Source: Coriobacteriales bacterium (GTDB taxonomy: Bacteria > Actinomycetota > Coriobacteriia > Coriobacteriales > UBA8131). Taken from it: a stretch of DNA of 62,448 nt. The notes under the pieces were generated by a model, which made no database searches, was not told the origin of the DNA, and was given only the letters and a program-made list of their open reading frames with translations. Shown piece by piece: positions 21,586 to 31,091 of this stretch (positions are counted from its first letter, which is position 1; each line of letters opens with the position of its first letter). The stretch spans positions 1 through 62,448 of the forward strand of contig JAIRXA010000042.1 of assembly GCA_031268525.1 (NCBI GenBank). The letters are read 5' to 3'. Both the position numbers and the translations under genes were made by a program.

Positions 21586-21651
21586 TCTCCTTCGACACGT
21601 AAGCCATATCACCTCGGTCGTGCTGGAAGATCACTACAGAAGGGATGCCTT

Positions 21652-22173
21652 GTGCACGAAACACTACTGAATAAATATGCAATAAACCATATCGGATATT
21701 ACGTTAAAGATCTTGAGTTGGCCTGTAGAGAACATTCTGCTCTTTTCGGATCGGGTCCGTTCTTTTACCTGGGCGAACACACAATGACGAGTATCGCGAG
21801 AGGCAGGGAATATGAATATACCTCCCGAGCGGCTTTCGGACAATTTGGAGACCTTCAGATAGAGTTCATTCAGGTGATCAGCGACAACCCCAGTGCCTAT
21901 AAAGAAATGGAACGATTCGGCCTCAATCATTTTTCAATCTGGGTTGATAACGTGGATAGCGCAATTGAAGAATTCGAGAACGCGGGCTATGAAATCGCGA
22001 TGCGACTGAAATCAAGCGGAGGTGCCGAGATCATCTACTTTGATGGTGTAGAAAAATGGGGGCACTATCTGGAAGTCAGCGCTCCTGCCGAGGGTATGTA
22101 TGAGTACTTCAAGAAGGCCGCTGAAGACTGGGATGGCTCAGAACCCTATCGTAGGCTCAATATGGGTAAGTAA
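21652..22173 (+). CDS. VOC (glyoxalase/bleomycin-resistance/dioxygenase) family protein
   Basis: INHIGYYVKDLE...FGLNHFSIWVDNVD...WGHYLEV shows the paired beta-alpha-beta-beta-beta module pattern. GTG start per the ORF track. Confidence 0.75.
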   Translation: MHETLLNKYAINHIGYYVKDLELACREHSALFGSGPFFYLGEHTMTSIARGREYEYTSRAAFGQFGDLQIEFIQVISDNPSAYKEMERFGLNHFSIWVDNVDSAIEEFENAGYEIAMRLKSSGGAEIIYFDGVEKWGHYLEVSAPAEGMYEYFKKAAEDWDGSEPYRRLNMGK

Positions 22174-22226
22174 GATAGCAGAATAAAAGTATAGTATCAT
22201 CTTCTGCCTGAGGCGATCCAGTGGGC

Positions 22227-22706
22227 CTATTTGTGATAGGGCTCGCCAGCCAGTATCTTGAAGGCGCGGTAGATCTGTTCGAGCGCAACGACGCGGGCGA
22301 GCTGATGCGGCAGGGTGATGGCGCCAAAGGACATGCGCGCATCGGCACGCTTGAGCAAGGCGGAATCGAGTCCATGCGAACCGCCAATGAGGAAACGTAT
22401 CTGGGCCTGCCCCCGTATCTGTCGATCGCCGATCAAGGCGGCGATCTCCTCGCTCGTAAACGATCGCCCTGTGCGATCGAGAGCCACGAGCAACTCGCCG
22501 CCCTTCAATCGCGCGGCGATGAGCTCGCCTTCACGCTGAAGAGCCTGACGGGGATCATCGCTGTCCCAGGACCCCCGATCACTGATTTCCTCAATCCTGA
22601 CCTCGGCATAACGCACCAGACGCGTCAGATACTCCTCGCATGCTTCCACCCAGTAAGGTTCCCTGAGCTTGCCGACCGCAGTGATCGTAATACGTGTCGA
22701 GGGCAT
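22227..22706 (-). CDS. rlmH: 23S rRNA (pseudouridine1915-N3)-methyltransferase RlmH
   Basis: 159 aa, typical RlmH/SPOUT: ITITAVGKLREPYW...IGGSHGL...SFGAITLPHQLARVVALEQIYRAF. Confidence 0.92.
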   Translation of the reverse strand: MPSTRITITAVGKLREPYWVEACEEYLTRLVRYAEVRIEEISDRGSWDSDDPRQALQREGELIAARLKGGELLVALDRTGRSFTSEEIAALIGDRQIRGQAQIRFLIGGSHGLDSALLKRADARMSFGAITLPHQLARVVALEQIYRAFKILAGEPYHK

Positions 22707-23434
22707 CAGCTGGCATCCTCGCTCAGCGTAAGCCGGGTGATCGAGCGCAGGTCCAACTCGCTACCCTCGCCGCCCTCACCGCCTTCAGCAGCAGCCCTGA
22801 GCAGCACCTCGGGTCGGATAGAGCCCTGCTCGCCGGATCGCAGGGTCATCGTGACCTCATAAAGCCCCGGCTCACCTGGCACAGGCATGAATTCAGGCGC
22901 TTGGATGATGGCGGTTTTGAGGTCGTAGGTCTTCAGTTTATTCTTACGCTTGACGCTCAACTCGCCTGTCTCCAACAGACGGGCCACCCCTGCACGCACA
23001 GTCTCTCTGAGCTCAGAAGACAGGGCGACCACCAACACATATGTTTCTACCACATGGGTCGCAGCCAGACCCCTGGCTTTTGGATCAACATACGACACAT
23101 CACGCACCTCCAGCCCCGGTGGGGCAACCTCTTGCAGAGCAATACGGGCGACGGGAGCCGGTACATACTCGGTCAGCCAAACGTCGAAGAGCTCGGCAAG
23201 GCCACAGGTCCCAACGGGTAGTGCCGGCCCGGGTGCATGGCGCATATGAGCAGAGAAGCCCTGAGTCACCACGGAGGGCAGTCCACTGCGGCGCACAAGG
23301 CGCTCCAGTGCCCGCGTGAGCTCGAGATGAGAGAGAAGTGCCAGCCGCCCTGTCTTTGCATAGCGTATCCTCAGGCGAAAATACCCCTCAGCCACGGCGC
23401 TCACCCGCCAGATCGTTGCTGGCACCCGTCGCAT
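22706..23434 (-). CDS. DUF2344-type protein (radical-SAM-linked)
   Basis: FRLRIRYAKTGRLALLSHLELTRALERLVRRSGLP is the usual N-terminus of this family, which partners the upstream radical SAM gene. Start uncertain: ATG 23434 or GTG 23395, both overlapping the upstream stop. Its stop overlaps the rlmH start by 1 nt. Confidence 0.75.
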   Translation of the reverse strand: MRRVPATIWRVSAVAEGYFRLRIRYAKTGRLALLSHLELTRALERLVRRSGLPSVVTQGFSAHMRHAPGPALPVGTCGLAELFDVWLTEYVPAPVARIALQEVAPPGLEVRDVSYVDPKARGLAATHVVETYVLVVALSSELRETVRAGVARLLETGELSVKRKNKLKTYDLKTAIIQAPEFMPVPGEPGLYEVTMTLRSGEQGSIRPEVLLRAAAEGGEGGEGSELDLRSITRLTLSEDAS

Positions 23435-25268
23435 CGCAGACACCACAGGCCGAGCAGTCTGCAAAACTGCAGTCCGCGGTCGTCTCCCCTGCAAGCGCAC
23501 GCGCACGTTCTCTGGCGAGCCAGCGGGCGTCAAGTCCCGCAGAGATGTGTCCCCAGGGCAGCGGCTCATTCACCTCGAAATTCCGTTCAGCCATCTCTGC
23601 CAGATCCTTGCCCGCCAGGACTGCTGCCCGCTCCCAGGCGGTCGCATCAAAGCGCTCGCTCCAGGCATCAAAGGTAGCCCCCGACCGGAAGGCAGCCTCG
23701 ATCAGCGTACTCCCATCCCTCCCGGCGCGTGCCAGAGCCGCCTCGATACGCGAGGCGGCAGGATCGTGCCAGTGTAGATCGATACCCTTATGGAGTCGCG
23801 CACTGCGCAGCAGCGTGACTCGTCGCTCAATTTCCTCCAAAGTGGGCTGTCCTTCCCACTGGAAGGGAGTCTGAGCCTTGGGTACGAAGACGGAAACGGA
23901 AACGCTCATGCGCACCTTGCTGCGTTGGTCATCGGCGACCGCCTCCTTCGCGGCGGCATAGGCACGATTTGCAAGTTCAACGATACCAAGCACATCTTCA
24001 TCGCGCTCTGACGGAAGCCCGAGCATGAAGTACAGTTTGCAGCGTCGCCAACCCGCCTCAAAAGCTCTTGTCACAGCGTCAAGCACATCCCCGTCGCTGA
24101 CATTTTTGTTGATACTGTCCCGCAGGCGTTGGGTACCTGCCTCGGGAGCAAAGGTCAATCCTGCCCTGCGCTGCCCAGCGACCAGATGCGCCATATCGAT
24201 CCCAAAGGCGTCGAGGCGCTGCGAGGGCAGACTGATACCAACACTCGTACCTTCCAGCACGCCGTTCAGGCGTCGCAGCAACTCCTCGATCCGCGAATGG
24301 TCGGTTGTAGAAAGTGAGGTCAGCGAGACTTCGTCAAAGCCCGTACAGGCAAGGCCCTCCGAGACAGCGCTGACGATGGTGTCTACTCGGCGCTCACGAA
24401 CGGGACGGCCCGTCATGCCCGCCTGGCAGAAGCGGCAACCACGCGCACAGCCACGCAGCACCTCGACCGTCAGGCGATCATGCGAAACCTCGGCATAGGG
24501 TACGATGACATCGGTGATGATGGGCCAGGAATCCAGGTTGCCGACGATACGCTTGGAGATACGCGAGGGAATACCCTGCCCAAGGGGCAGCAGTGCACCT
24601 GTCTCATCGGGGGCATACAGGGAAGGCACGTAGACACCCGGGATATGCGCCAGTTGCACAAACAGTTCCGAACGGCTCAGGCCCTCCTCAATACAGCGAC
24701 GATGCACGGCAATCAGCTCGGAGATGACCTCCTCGCCCTCGCCGATTACGAAGGCATCGAAGAAGGCGGCAATGGGCTCCGGGTTGTAGGCAACCGGTCC
24801 CCCACCGACGATGAGCGGCGTCAGGCCCTTGCGCTCATCGGCATGTAGAGGGATACCTGCCAGGTCAAGGGCCTCAAGGACATTCGTTGCCGCAAGTTCA
24901 TGAGACAGGGTGATTCCCAGGAAATCGAAGCCTGCAACCGAAGAGCAGCTCTCCAGAGAGAACAGGGGTATCCCTTGCTCGCGCATGAGCTGCGCCAGGT
25001 CGATCCAGGGCAGGAAGACACGCTCAGCGACACAGTCCTCAAGCCGCCAGATGGCGTCATACAGGATGGCAATCGCCTGATTTGCCTGGCCGATCTCATA
25101 GGTGTCAGGATAGAGCAGCGCTGCTCGATAGACAGGCTCTGGCGCCGTCGAACAGTCGGAAGAAAAGTCTACATGCCGTGCATTGTATTCATGGTCGATA
25201 TAGCGCGAGGGACGTTCGACGGTTGGCAGCAGGGGCTCCAGACGATCCCAGAGGGAGACGTCGCTCAT
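23388..25268 (-). CDS. Radical SAM protein with B12-binding-like N-terminal domain (uncharacterised housekeeping type)
   Basis: 626 aa with a CARGCRFCQAG (CxxxCxxC) motif. Immediately followed by the DUF2344 partner. Confidence 0.85.
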   Translation of the reverse strand: MSDVSLWDRLEPLLPTVERPSRYIDHEYNARHVDFSSDCSTAPEPVYRAALLYPDTYEIGQANQAIAILYDAIWRLEDCVAERVFLPWIDLAQLMREQGIPLFSLESCSSVAGFDFLGITLSHELAATNVLEALDLAGIPLHADERKGLTPLIVGGGPVAYNPEPIAAFFDAFVIGEGEEVISELIAVHRRCIEEGLSRSELFVQLAHIPGVYVPSLYAPDETGALLPLGQGIPSRISKRIVGNLDSWPIITDVIVPYAEVSHDRLTVEVLRGCARGCRFCQAGMTGRPVRERRVDTIVSAVSEGLACTGFDEVSLTSLSTTDHSRIEELLRRLNGVLEGTSVGISLPSQRLDAFGIDMAHLVAGQRRAGLTFAPEAGTQRLRDSINKNVSDGDVLDAVTRAFEAGWRRCKLYFMLGLPSERDEDVLGIVELANRAYAAAKEAVADDQRSKVRMSVSVSVFVPKAQTPFQWEGQPTLEEIERRVTLLRSARLHKGIDLHWHDPAASRIEAALARAGRDGSTLIEAAFRSGATFDAWSERFDATAWERAAVLAGKDLAEMAERNFEVNEPLPWGHISAGLDARWLARERARALAGETTADCSFADCSACGVCDATGASNDLAGERRG

Positions 25269-26317
25269 TTCCCCACAGCCCCCTCGATCGCATTCTCATA
25301 AGCACCCTTCCCCTCGGCCAAAGCCGCATCACTGCTGTTTTCGCCCGCCTCAAGCGCGCTCGCCCTCACCGCGATCTCGGCCCCGCGCTCCCCCACCGCG
25401 ATCTCATGTCTGTTGGGCCCGGCCTCATGACCGGCAGATATTCGCCGAAAATACAGGACGGCAGCCTCTCCAAGCGCGAAGGTCACCCCGTAGCCGACGC
25501 CCGCCTTGATTGCCCAGCCAAACACGGGAACGACACCGACCAGCCGACGGGCCAATGCGCGTGCGCCAAGACCACTGGCTACGAGTATTGCCAGCTCCTT
25601 CAGGCGAGTATTGTCGATCGGCTCGCCCCAGGCGACGGCTATCTGCAGGACCATTTTCATCTGGTTCAGGGTCAGGACCGGTAAATCGGCACCGGGGATA
25701 AAGAAGGCAGCAGCGATTGCAGCGTTTTGCAGGGAAGTCGCCTGGATACGATCTCTGACGTAGGCATCTCTCACGAACCTGCTGTTACGCGCAAAAGGCA
25801 GGGCAAGCTTGGGCAGGCGACGCACGATCCAGGTCCCCAGACGCTCGAAAAGCTGCACCGGGTCGCTCTCTGCACCACCTTCGATTCCACCCGTAGTCTC
25901 GTCGATGGCCAAGCCGATGATCGCGGAGGGATCGAGGAGGCCATGATGCTCGCCCACCGCAGCCAGAAGGCGCTTTGCGTCGCGAGTCAGGATGACCGCC
26001 GGCACTCCCGCCTTGAGGGCCGCGATCATGACATCGACCGTCGCGGGATCGTCGACCACGCACAGGATGAGGAGGTCGCAGTCCTCCTCGATTGCAGACG
26101 CCTTGTCGTCCAACAGCCCGACTCGTACCCGCAGACTCTCCGTGACGGGTCGCAATTGCTCCCGGGCGACCGCCAACAGCGCGGCATCGAGTGAGCGGTC
26201 AAGCAGTACGGTCAGATGCAATTCGCGTGTGCTTTCCTCAAAGGTCATTCCAAGAGCCGAAGCCACCGCTTTCGGACTCACCGGCAATCTCAGACCTTTT
26301 TTCGTTGTGGCAGCCAT
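25265..26317 (-). CDS. Hypothetical protein with DUF697-like C-terminal membrane-associated domain
   Basis: Start trimmed to ATG 26315-26317 (MAATTKKGLRL, RBS gagaggtgga), because the ORF-track extension overlaps rodA by 277 nt. The C-terminal NAAIAAAFFIPGADLPVLTLNQMKMVLQIA...GWAIKAGVGYGVTFALG resembles DUF697. Confidence 0.5.
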   Translation of the reverse strand: MAATTKKGLRLPVSPKAVASALGMTFEESTRELHLTVLLDRSLDAALLAVAREQLRPVTESLRVRVGLLDDKASAIEEDCDLLILCVVDDPATVDVMIAALKAGVPAVILTRDAKRLLAAVGEHHGLLDPSAIIGLAIDETTGGIEGGAESDPVQLFERLGTWIVRRLPKLALPFARNSRFVRDAYVRDRIQATSLQNAAIAAAFFIPGADLPVLTLNQMKMVLQIAVAWGEPIDNTRLKELAILVASGLGARALARRLVGVVPVFGWAIKAGVGYGVTFALGEAAVLYFRRISAGHEAGPNRHEIAVGERGAEIAVRASALEAGENSSDAALAEGKGAYENAIEGAVGK

Positions 26318-26331
26318 CGCATCCACCTCTC

Positions 26332-27525
26332 TCAGGACTTCGTCGAGCGATGGGACCAGACAGACAGGATCAGTCCCAGAGCCATGAAATTGACGACCAT
26401 GAACGAGGAACCCCAGCTGACAAAAGGCAGTGGTATCCCCGTAATCGGCATCAATCCGCAGGTCATTCCAATGTTTTCCAGTATCTGGAAGAGCCACATA
26501 CCCAGGATGCCAATGACAACAAGCGAACCAAAGAACTCTTTGGCGCTCAAGGCAACCCACATGCTCAGACCGAGCAGTGCGGCATACAGCAGGATGAGTC
26601 CCAGACAACCGACGAATCCAAGCTCTTCCGCCAGTACGCAGAAGATGAAATCGGTCGGTGCCTCAGGCAGGAATCCGAGGCCAGACTGCGTTCCCATCCC
26701 CAGGCCTTTACCGAACAGTCCACCCGAGCCGATCGCGATTTTCGCCTGTTTGATATTATAACCCACCCCGCTGGGGTCGAGATCCTCGTTCATGAAGACG
26801 AGAAGCCTGTTCTTCTGGTAGTCCTTGAGAAAGACATCATGACCGACCATCGAATCAAGCAGTGGATCCACCAGAAAGGCGATGACGATCAACGCAATGA
26901 TCACGAGAACGGTGACCACGAGCCATTTCCAGTCAGCACCACCCGCGAACAGCACGGCGAATCCAATGGCAAAGAGCACCATGCCCGAACCCATGTCTGG
27001 CTGCAGCATGATACAGGCGATGGGAATGAGCAGAATACCGAGGCAGCGCAGGTAGCTGCGCAGCGAATCGATGCGCCCACCAGAGCGCCCCACAAGCGCC
27101 GCCATCATCAGGATGGTCACAAGCTTTGCGAGCTCTCCGGGCTGTATCTGCTGGCCAAAAAGACTGATCCAGCTCCGTGCCCCGTTGACCGTTACGCCAA
27201 TGATCGGGAAGAGAGGGGCAAGGATAAGCAGGATATCGATGATAAGCAGGGGTAGGAAAAAAGCGGAGATGCGGCGATAGTCAAGACGCCAGAGAACGAC
27301 GAGGAGTACCGCGCCGATGCCAACACCCGTCACCTGACGATTGAAGGTGTACTCAGGTGAGCCCGAGATCGCCGAGGAGAGGATGAGCAGGCCGTAACCG
27401 GTCAAGGCTGCGATGGTCAACAGCAGAGGTATGTTGGCAAGGTAAACAATTCGCTTGAGGCGCGCCGAGAAGGCCCCGGGAACCGCGAGCGGCGTAGGCG
27501 ATTCTATGCGAGGAGTGACCGGCAT
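26332..27525 (-). CDS. rodA: Peptidoglycan glycosyltransferase RodA (FtsW/RodA/SpoVE family)
   Basis: 397-aa polytopic protein with QPGELAKL, PDMGSG, LPEAPTDFIF and PLPFVSWGSS motifs. Follows the PBP2 gene. Confidence 0.88.
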   Translation of the reverse strand: MPVTPRIESPTPLAVPGAFSARLKRIVYLANIPLLLTIAALTGYGLLILSSAISGSPEYTFNRQVTGVGIGAVLLVVLWRLDYRRISAFFLPLLIIDILLILAPLFPIIGVTVNGARSWISLFGQQIQPGELAKLVTILMMAALVGRSGGRIDSLRSYLRCLGILLIPIACIMLQPDMGSGMVLFAIGFAVLFAGGADWKWLVVTVLVIIALIVIAFLVDPLLDSMVGHDVFLKDYQKNRLLVFMNEDLDPSGVGYNIKQAKIAIGSGGLFGKGLGMGTQSGLGFLPEAPTDFIFCVLAEELGFVGCLGLILLYAALLGLSMWVALSAKEFFGSLVVIGILGMWLFQILENIGMTCGLMPITGIPLPFVSWGSSFMVVNFMALGLILSVWSHRSTKS

Positions 27526-27534
27526 CTGATCGCC

Positions 27535-29610
27535 TCAGCGCTCCCTGCTGCCCTCAGAAACGACGATGTCGCCCAGATCGACCTCATACAGCGCTGCGAG
27601 GGTATGCTGGACTCCCAGAACCGCCGAGGAAGAACCCTCGCCAGACTGCTCGATGATGCATGCCACACAGTATTGAGGATCGTCACTGGGGGCATAGGCG
27701 ACAAACCACGAGGATTCAGCTTCTGCGGCGGCGACCTCAGCGGTGCCGCTCTTGCCTGAAGCCGGAACCGGAAGGGCATTGAAGTTCCCCCCAAATCGTT
27801 GGACAACCCGCCTGAGTCCGTCTTGGATACGTGCGAGATGGCCCGGACTGAAGGATGGCTGTATCGCGCTGTCCCGTGGTGCGTAACTGATGATGGTCTC
27901 ACCCTTACCGTCGATCACCTTGTCAAAGACATGGGGCGTAAGCATACGGCCCCGAGCAACACCCGCGTAACCATTCGCAATCTGCAGGGGAGTTACCAAC
28001 AGGTCGCCCTGACCGATGCAGAGGCTCGTCATGTCCCCTGGCTGCCAGCGCGCGTCTTCGGGCGTGTCGGAGAAGGCTTCCTTCTTCCAGGCAGCATCCG
28101 GCACCCGACCTTCCAGCTCACCCGGTAGATCGATACCGCTCACTGAGCCGAATCCCCAGGTTTTGAGATAGTCCTGGAGCTCGTTTTTTCTCACATTCTC
28201 ATCCTCGGCAGCCCAGCGTTCGTAGAACGTTGCGCCAACATTGTAAAAGTAGATATCACAGCTGTTGTTGATGGCTTCCTCCAGACCCAGGGTACCGTGT
28301 CCGTCTGGGAAAATCCAACAGCGTTGTCCCCACTGCTCGCCATAGTCTTCCCAGAATCCATTACAGGTGTACTGGGTATTATCGCCGATGATACCGCATT
28401 CCTCGCCAGCAAGCCCCGTAAAGGCCTTATAGGTCGATGCTGCCGGATAGAGACCGGCGATCGCTCTGTTCGTCAGAGGATAAAGCGACTCCCTGTTGGT
28501 CATTTCGTCCCAGAGATCCTGCGAGATACCGTTCGTAAACTCTTCGGGGCGAAAGGACGGATAGCTCGACATGGCAAGCACTCCTCCACCCTTGACATCC
28601 AGCGCGACGATCACACCGGCATTCGCGTACTCAAAGCCTCTGTCGCGCGAGGAGGTGATGATCTCTGCCAGAACGCGGTCGGTCCGTCTCTGAAGATCAA
28701 GATCGATGGTCAGGCAGACATCGGCACCATTCTCCGGTGGCACCTCACTGACAAGTGCGGTCGGATTGCCGTCAACGTCGACCCGATAGGTACGCGTTCC
28801 CCGGATGCCCTGAAGCAGGGTCTCGAAGGCATATTCAGCACCGCTCTTACCAATATAGTCACCGCTCTCATACTGGATGCCCTCAGGGGGAGCAAGCAGA
28901 TCGGATTCTGCCACCGGGCCGATATAGCCGAGCAGGTGTGCGGCGAGCGTTCCGTAGGAATAACTGCGTTGCGTACGCTCCTCGACCTTTACATCCGCAA
29001 AGAGAGTCGGATGCTCCCTGATATAGGCGACCGCACGCTGTGAGGCATCGCTGGCAAGCACGCGGTCACTCTGCATGTCAAGCGTATCGTCAAGGAGATT
29101 CCGGCGCAGGATGCCGATCGGGATACCGAGCACGAGAGAGAGACGATAGACGAGGTTGCGGTCGTCGAGAATCGCCCGTGGCGCAGCGACGCTCAGGGAA
29201 GGACGGTTTCCGATAAGCTCGCGCCCCTTACGATCCAAAAGACGTCCGCGCGTGGCAGGCACCGAGACCTCAGAGGTCATATTCTCCTCCGCAAGTTTCG
29301 TATAGGTGTCGCCCGAGAGCAGCTGAATGGACCACAGGCGGGCGAGAAGAACGCCGAAGACGCCTGCGACGAAGGCAGCGAAGACATAGAACCGTCCCTT
29401 GCCCTCGCGTCGCCGGATTGTCTCATGGGGGTTATGCTTTCGTACGCCCGATATGCCAACGCCATCGGGTGCACCGTGACGCCCAAAGCTCCGCCTGACC
29501 ACCGATAACTTCTCACGACGTCCTCTATAACGAAACAGAGCAATCAAGAAAGCGACAACGAGAATAAAGACTACAACTCCCAGAAGGATTGCCAGCGTAA
29601 GCGTATTCAT
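27535..29610 (-). CDS. mrdA: Penicillin-binding protein 2 (elongation transpeptidase)
   Basis: 691 aa with an N-terminal TM anchor, the STYK active-site motif (PAASTYKAF) and KSGTAE. Sits between mreD and rodA. Confidence 0.88.
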   Translation of the reverse strand: MNTLTLAILLGVVVFILVVAFLIALFRYRGRREKLSVVRRSFGRHGAPDGVGISGVRKHNPHETIRRREGKGRFYVFAAFVAGVFGVLLARLWSIQLLSGDTYTKLAEENMTSEVSVPATRGRLLDRKGRELIGNRPSLSVAAPRAILDDRNLVYRLSLVLGIPIGILRRNLLDDTLDMQSDRVLASDASQRAVAYIREHPTLFADVKVEERTQRSYSYGTLAAHLLGYIGPVAESDLLAPPEGIQYESGDYIGKSGAEYAFETLLQGIRGTRTYRVDVDGNPTALVSEVPPENGADVCLTIDLDLQRRTDRVLAEIITSSRDRGFEYANAGVIVALDVKGGGVLAMSSYPSFRPEEFTNGISQDLWDEMTNRESLYPLTNRAIAGLYPAASTYKAFTGLAGEECGIIGDNTQYTCNGFWEDYGEQWGQRCWIFPDGHGTLGLEEAINNSCDIYFYNVGATFYERWAAEDENVRKNELQDYLKTWGFGSVSGIDLPGELEGRVPDAAWKKEAFSDTPEDARWQPGDMTSLCIGQGDLLVTPLQIANGYAGVARGRMLTPHVFDKVIDGKGETIISYAPRDSAIQPSFSPGHLARIQDGLRRVVQRFGGNFNALPVPASGKSGTAEVAAAEAESSWFVAYAPSDDPQYCVACIIEQSGEGSSSAVLGVQHTLAALYEVDLGDIVVSEGSRER

Positions 29611-29612
29611 CC

Positions 29613-30149
29613 TCAGTCAAACTTGCCCTTGAGAAGCCCCGCGTTCTGCCGCTTACGTGAAGCATTTGCGAAGTGCTGGAGAATGGGAAAAAGGATCAGG
29701 CCGACCAGGGAGTCGTACAGAGCGCCTGGCAGGGCGCGTCGCAACAGCGAGCTCAGGAAATCGGTATCGTAGCCAATGATCGAATACAGGACGTTATGAA
29801 GTAACTCACCGGCAAAGGCTGCGAGCAGGAGCACGATGACCTGCATGACCCAGTTGTCCTGGAAGATATCCTTGCGAAAGGAACTGACGCCATAACTGAG
29901 CAGCGCCATGACCAGTGACATACCGCCCACGGGACCCGATGTCGCCAGATCGAAGACGAGGCCCAGGACGAAGCCAACAATGGTAGCGGAAATCACCTCG
30001 CTGCGCATCGCCACGAGAACCACCGCAACGAGTACGATGTTTGGCACGACGCCACCGATGGCGATATGCGGCGCAATGATGATCTGCAAAAGCACAGCTG
30101 CGATGGTGACGACGGGCAGAAGGATCGGTGGAGAAGACGGGCCTGTCAC
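29613..30149 (-). CDS. mreD: Rod shape-determining protein MreD
   Basis: 178-aa polytopic protein directly after mreC (2-nt gap). Its position and hydrophobic profile are typical. Confidence 0.75.
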   Translation of the reverse strand: MTGPSSPPILLPVVTIAAVLLQIIIAPHIAIGGVVPNIVLVAVVLVAMRSEVISATIVGFVLGLVFDLATSGPVGGMSLVMALLSYGVSSFRKDIFQDNWVMQVIVLLLAAFAGELLHNVLYSIIGYDTDFLSSLLRRALPGALYDSLVGLILFPILQHFANASRKRQNAGLLKGKFD

Positions 30150-30150
30150 C

Positions 30151-31050
30151 TCAGGCCTCCTTCTGCGTCAAGCGGTTCTCGTCGTCACGAATGGCGTCAG
30201 GGTTTGGCTGTATCTCAGATTCGCTGCCCGTCAGAACCAGCACCTCTTCAAAAATTGCTACGCGGGTCTGGGGCTTGACGATGATGGTCTGCGAGACATC
30301 GGAGGACAGAAACTCGACCGAGGCGACCTCACCGAGCGGGATGCCCTTTGGATAGACGCCTCCAGCTCCGGAAGTGATGATGGCATCCCCAGGCTTCACC
30401 TCGACATCGAGACCGATGAATCGCAGATAGAGCAAGCCCTCCACCGACCCCGTGACGATACCTTCAGCCCTGCTTGCCTGGAGAAAACAGGCAACGCCGC
30501 TGCGTTCATCGGTGATGAGTCGAACCGTCGAGCTGTAGAGACTGACACTCTCGATCTGACCGATCAGGCCGTTGGGGCTCATGACCGGCATACCGATCGC
30601 CAAGCCAAGCGCGGAACCCTTGTTGATGGTAATCATCTGATTCCAGGAATCCGTGCTGCGCGAGATGATCCGTGCTCCAACCGATTCGAGGCCATAGACC
30701 TCTCGGAGCTCCAAGAGTTGCGAAAGTCGCTCGTTTTCCTGTCGGTATTCCTCAAGACGAATGGCGGCAGCCTCAAGTTCCTCGTTTTGCTGCATCAGTT
30801 CATCGAGAGTCTCAGGGCTTGCTGTCATGTTGTCGATGCTCGTGGAAGCCGAGCGCAAGGGCGTGGAAACGAAGGCGCCCAGTTGTTCGAGCGGTGCCGT
30901 GACAAGGCCAAAACCAGAACGAACCGTATGCAGGGGACCAGTAACGCCCTCACGCACCCAGATCGTCATCAACGCGATAGAGATCAGACACAGGACGACA
31001 AGTACGAGTCCCGCTGGAATTCTGACTGACTTTTTTTGATTGAGCGCCAT
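30151..31050 (-). CDS. mreC: Rod shape-determining protein MreC
   Basis: N-terminal TM, a coiled-coil (LDELMQQNEELEAAAIRLEEYRQENERL) and beta-rich domains (GMPVMSPNGLIGQI, GGVYPKGIPLGEV). Confidence 0.88.
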   Translation of the reverse strand: MALNQKKSVRIPAGLVLVVLCLISIALMTIWVREGVTGPLHTVRSGFGLVTAPLEQLGAFVSTPLRSASTSIDNMTASPETLDELMQQNEELEAAAIRLEEYRQENERLSQLLELREVYGLESVGARIISRSTDSWNQMITINKGSALGLAIGMPVMSPNGLIGQIESVSLYSSTVRLITDERSGVACFLQASRAEGIVTGSVEGLLYLRFIGLDVEVKPGDAIITSGAGGVYPKGIPLGEVASVEFLSSDVSQTIIVKPQTRVAIFEEVLVLTGSESEIQPNPDAIRDDENRLTQKEA

Positions 31051-31091
31051 GGGACTTAAAGGGCCCTTCCAAGCAATTAATCGGCACTTCC

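Larger units (their letters stand above)
9415..22226. other. Lower-G+C accessory island (about 12.8 kb) between chorismate mutase and rlmH
   Basis: The sequence is visibly more AT-rich than both flanks (visual estimate only). Content is accessory catabolic, transport and regulatory genes, flanked by core genes. No integrase or flanking direct repeat was seen. Confidence 0.6.

Noticed and set aside
23388-25268. Radical SAM enzyme as the maturase for the double-glycine peptide at 9157-9414
   Set aside because: It is 14 kb away and separated by unrelated operons. It belongs with its DUF2344 partner in a core operon, so there is no RiPP-cluster context.
25265-26608. 447-aa version of the DUF697-like ORF
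   Set aside because: The N-terminal 97 codons overlap the 3' end of rodA. The internal ATG 26317 has a good RBS and leaves a 14-nt gap.
26191-27255. 354-aa plus-strand ORF
   Set aside because: It is antisense to rodA and is hydrophilic low-complexity sequence without motifs.
29908-31029. 373-aa plus-strand ORF
   Set aside because: It is antisense to mreD and mreC, which have clear family features. Its composition is that of a shadow frame.
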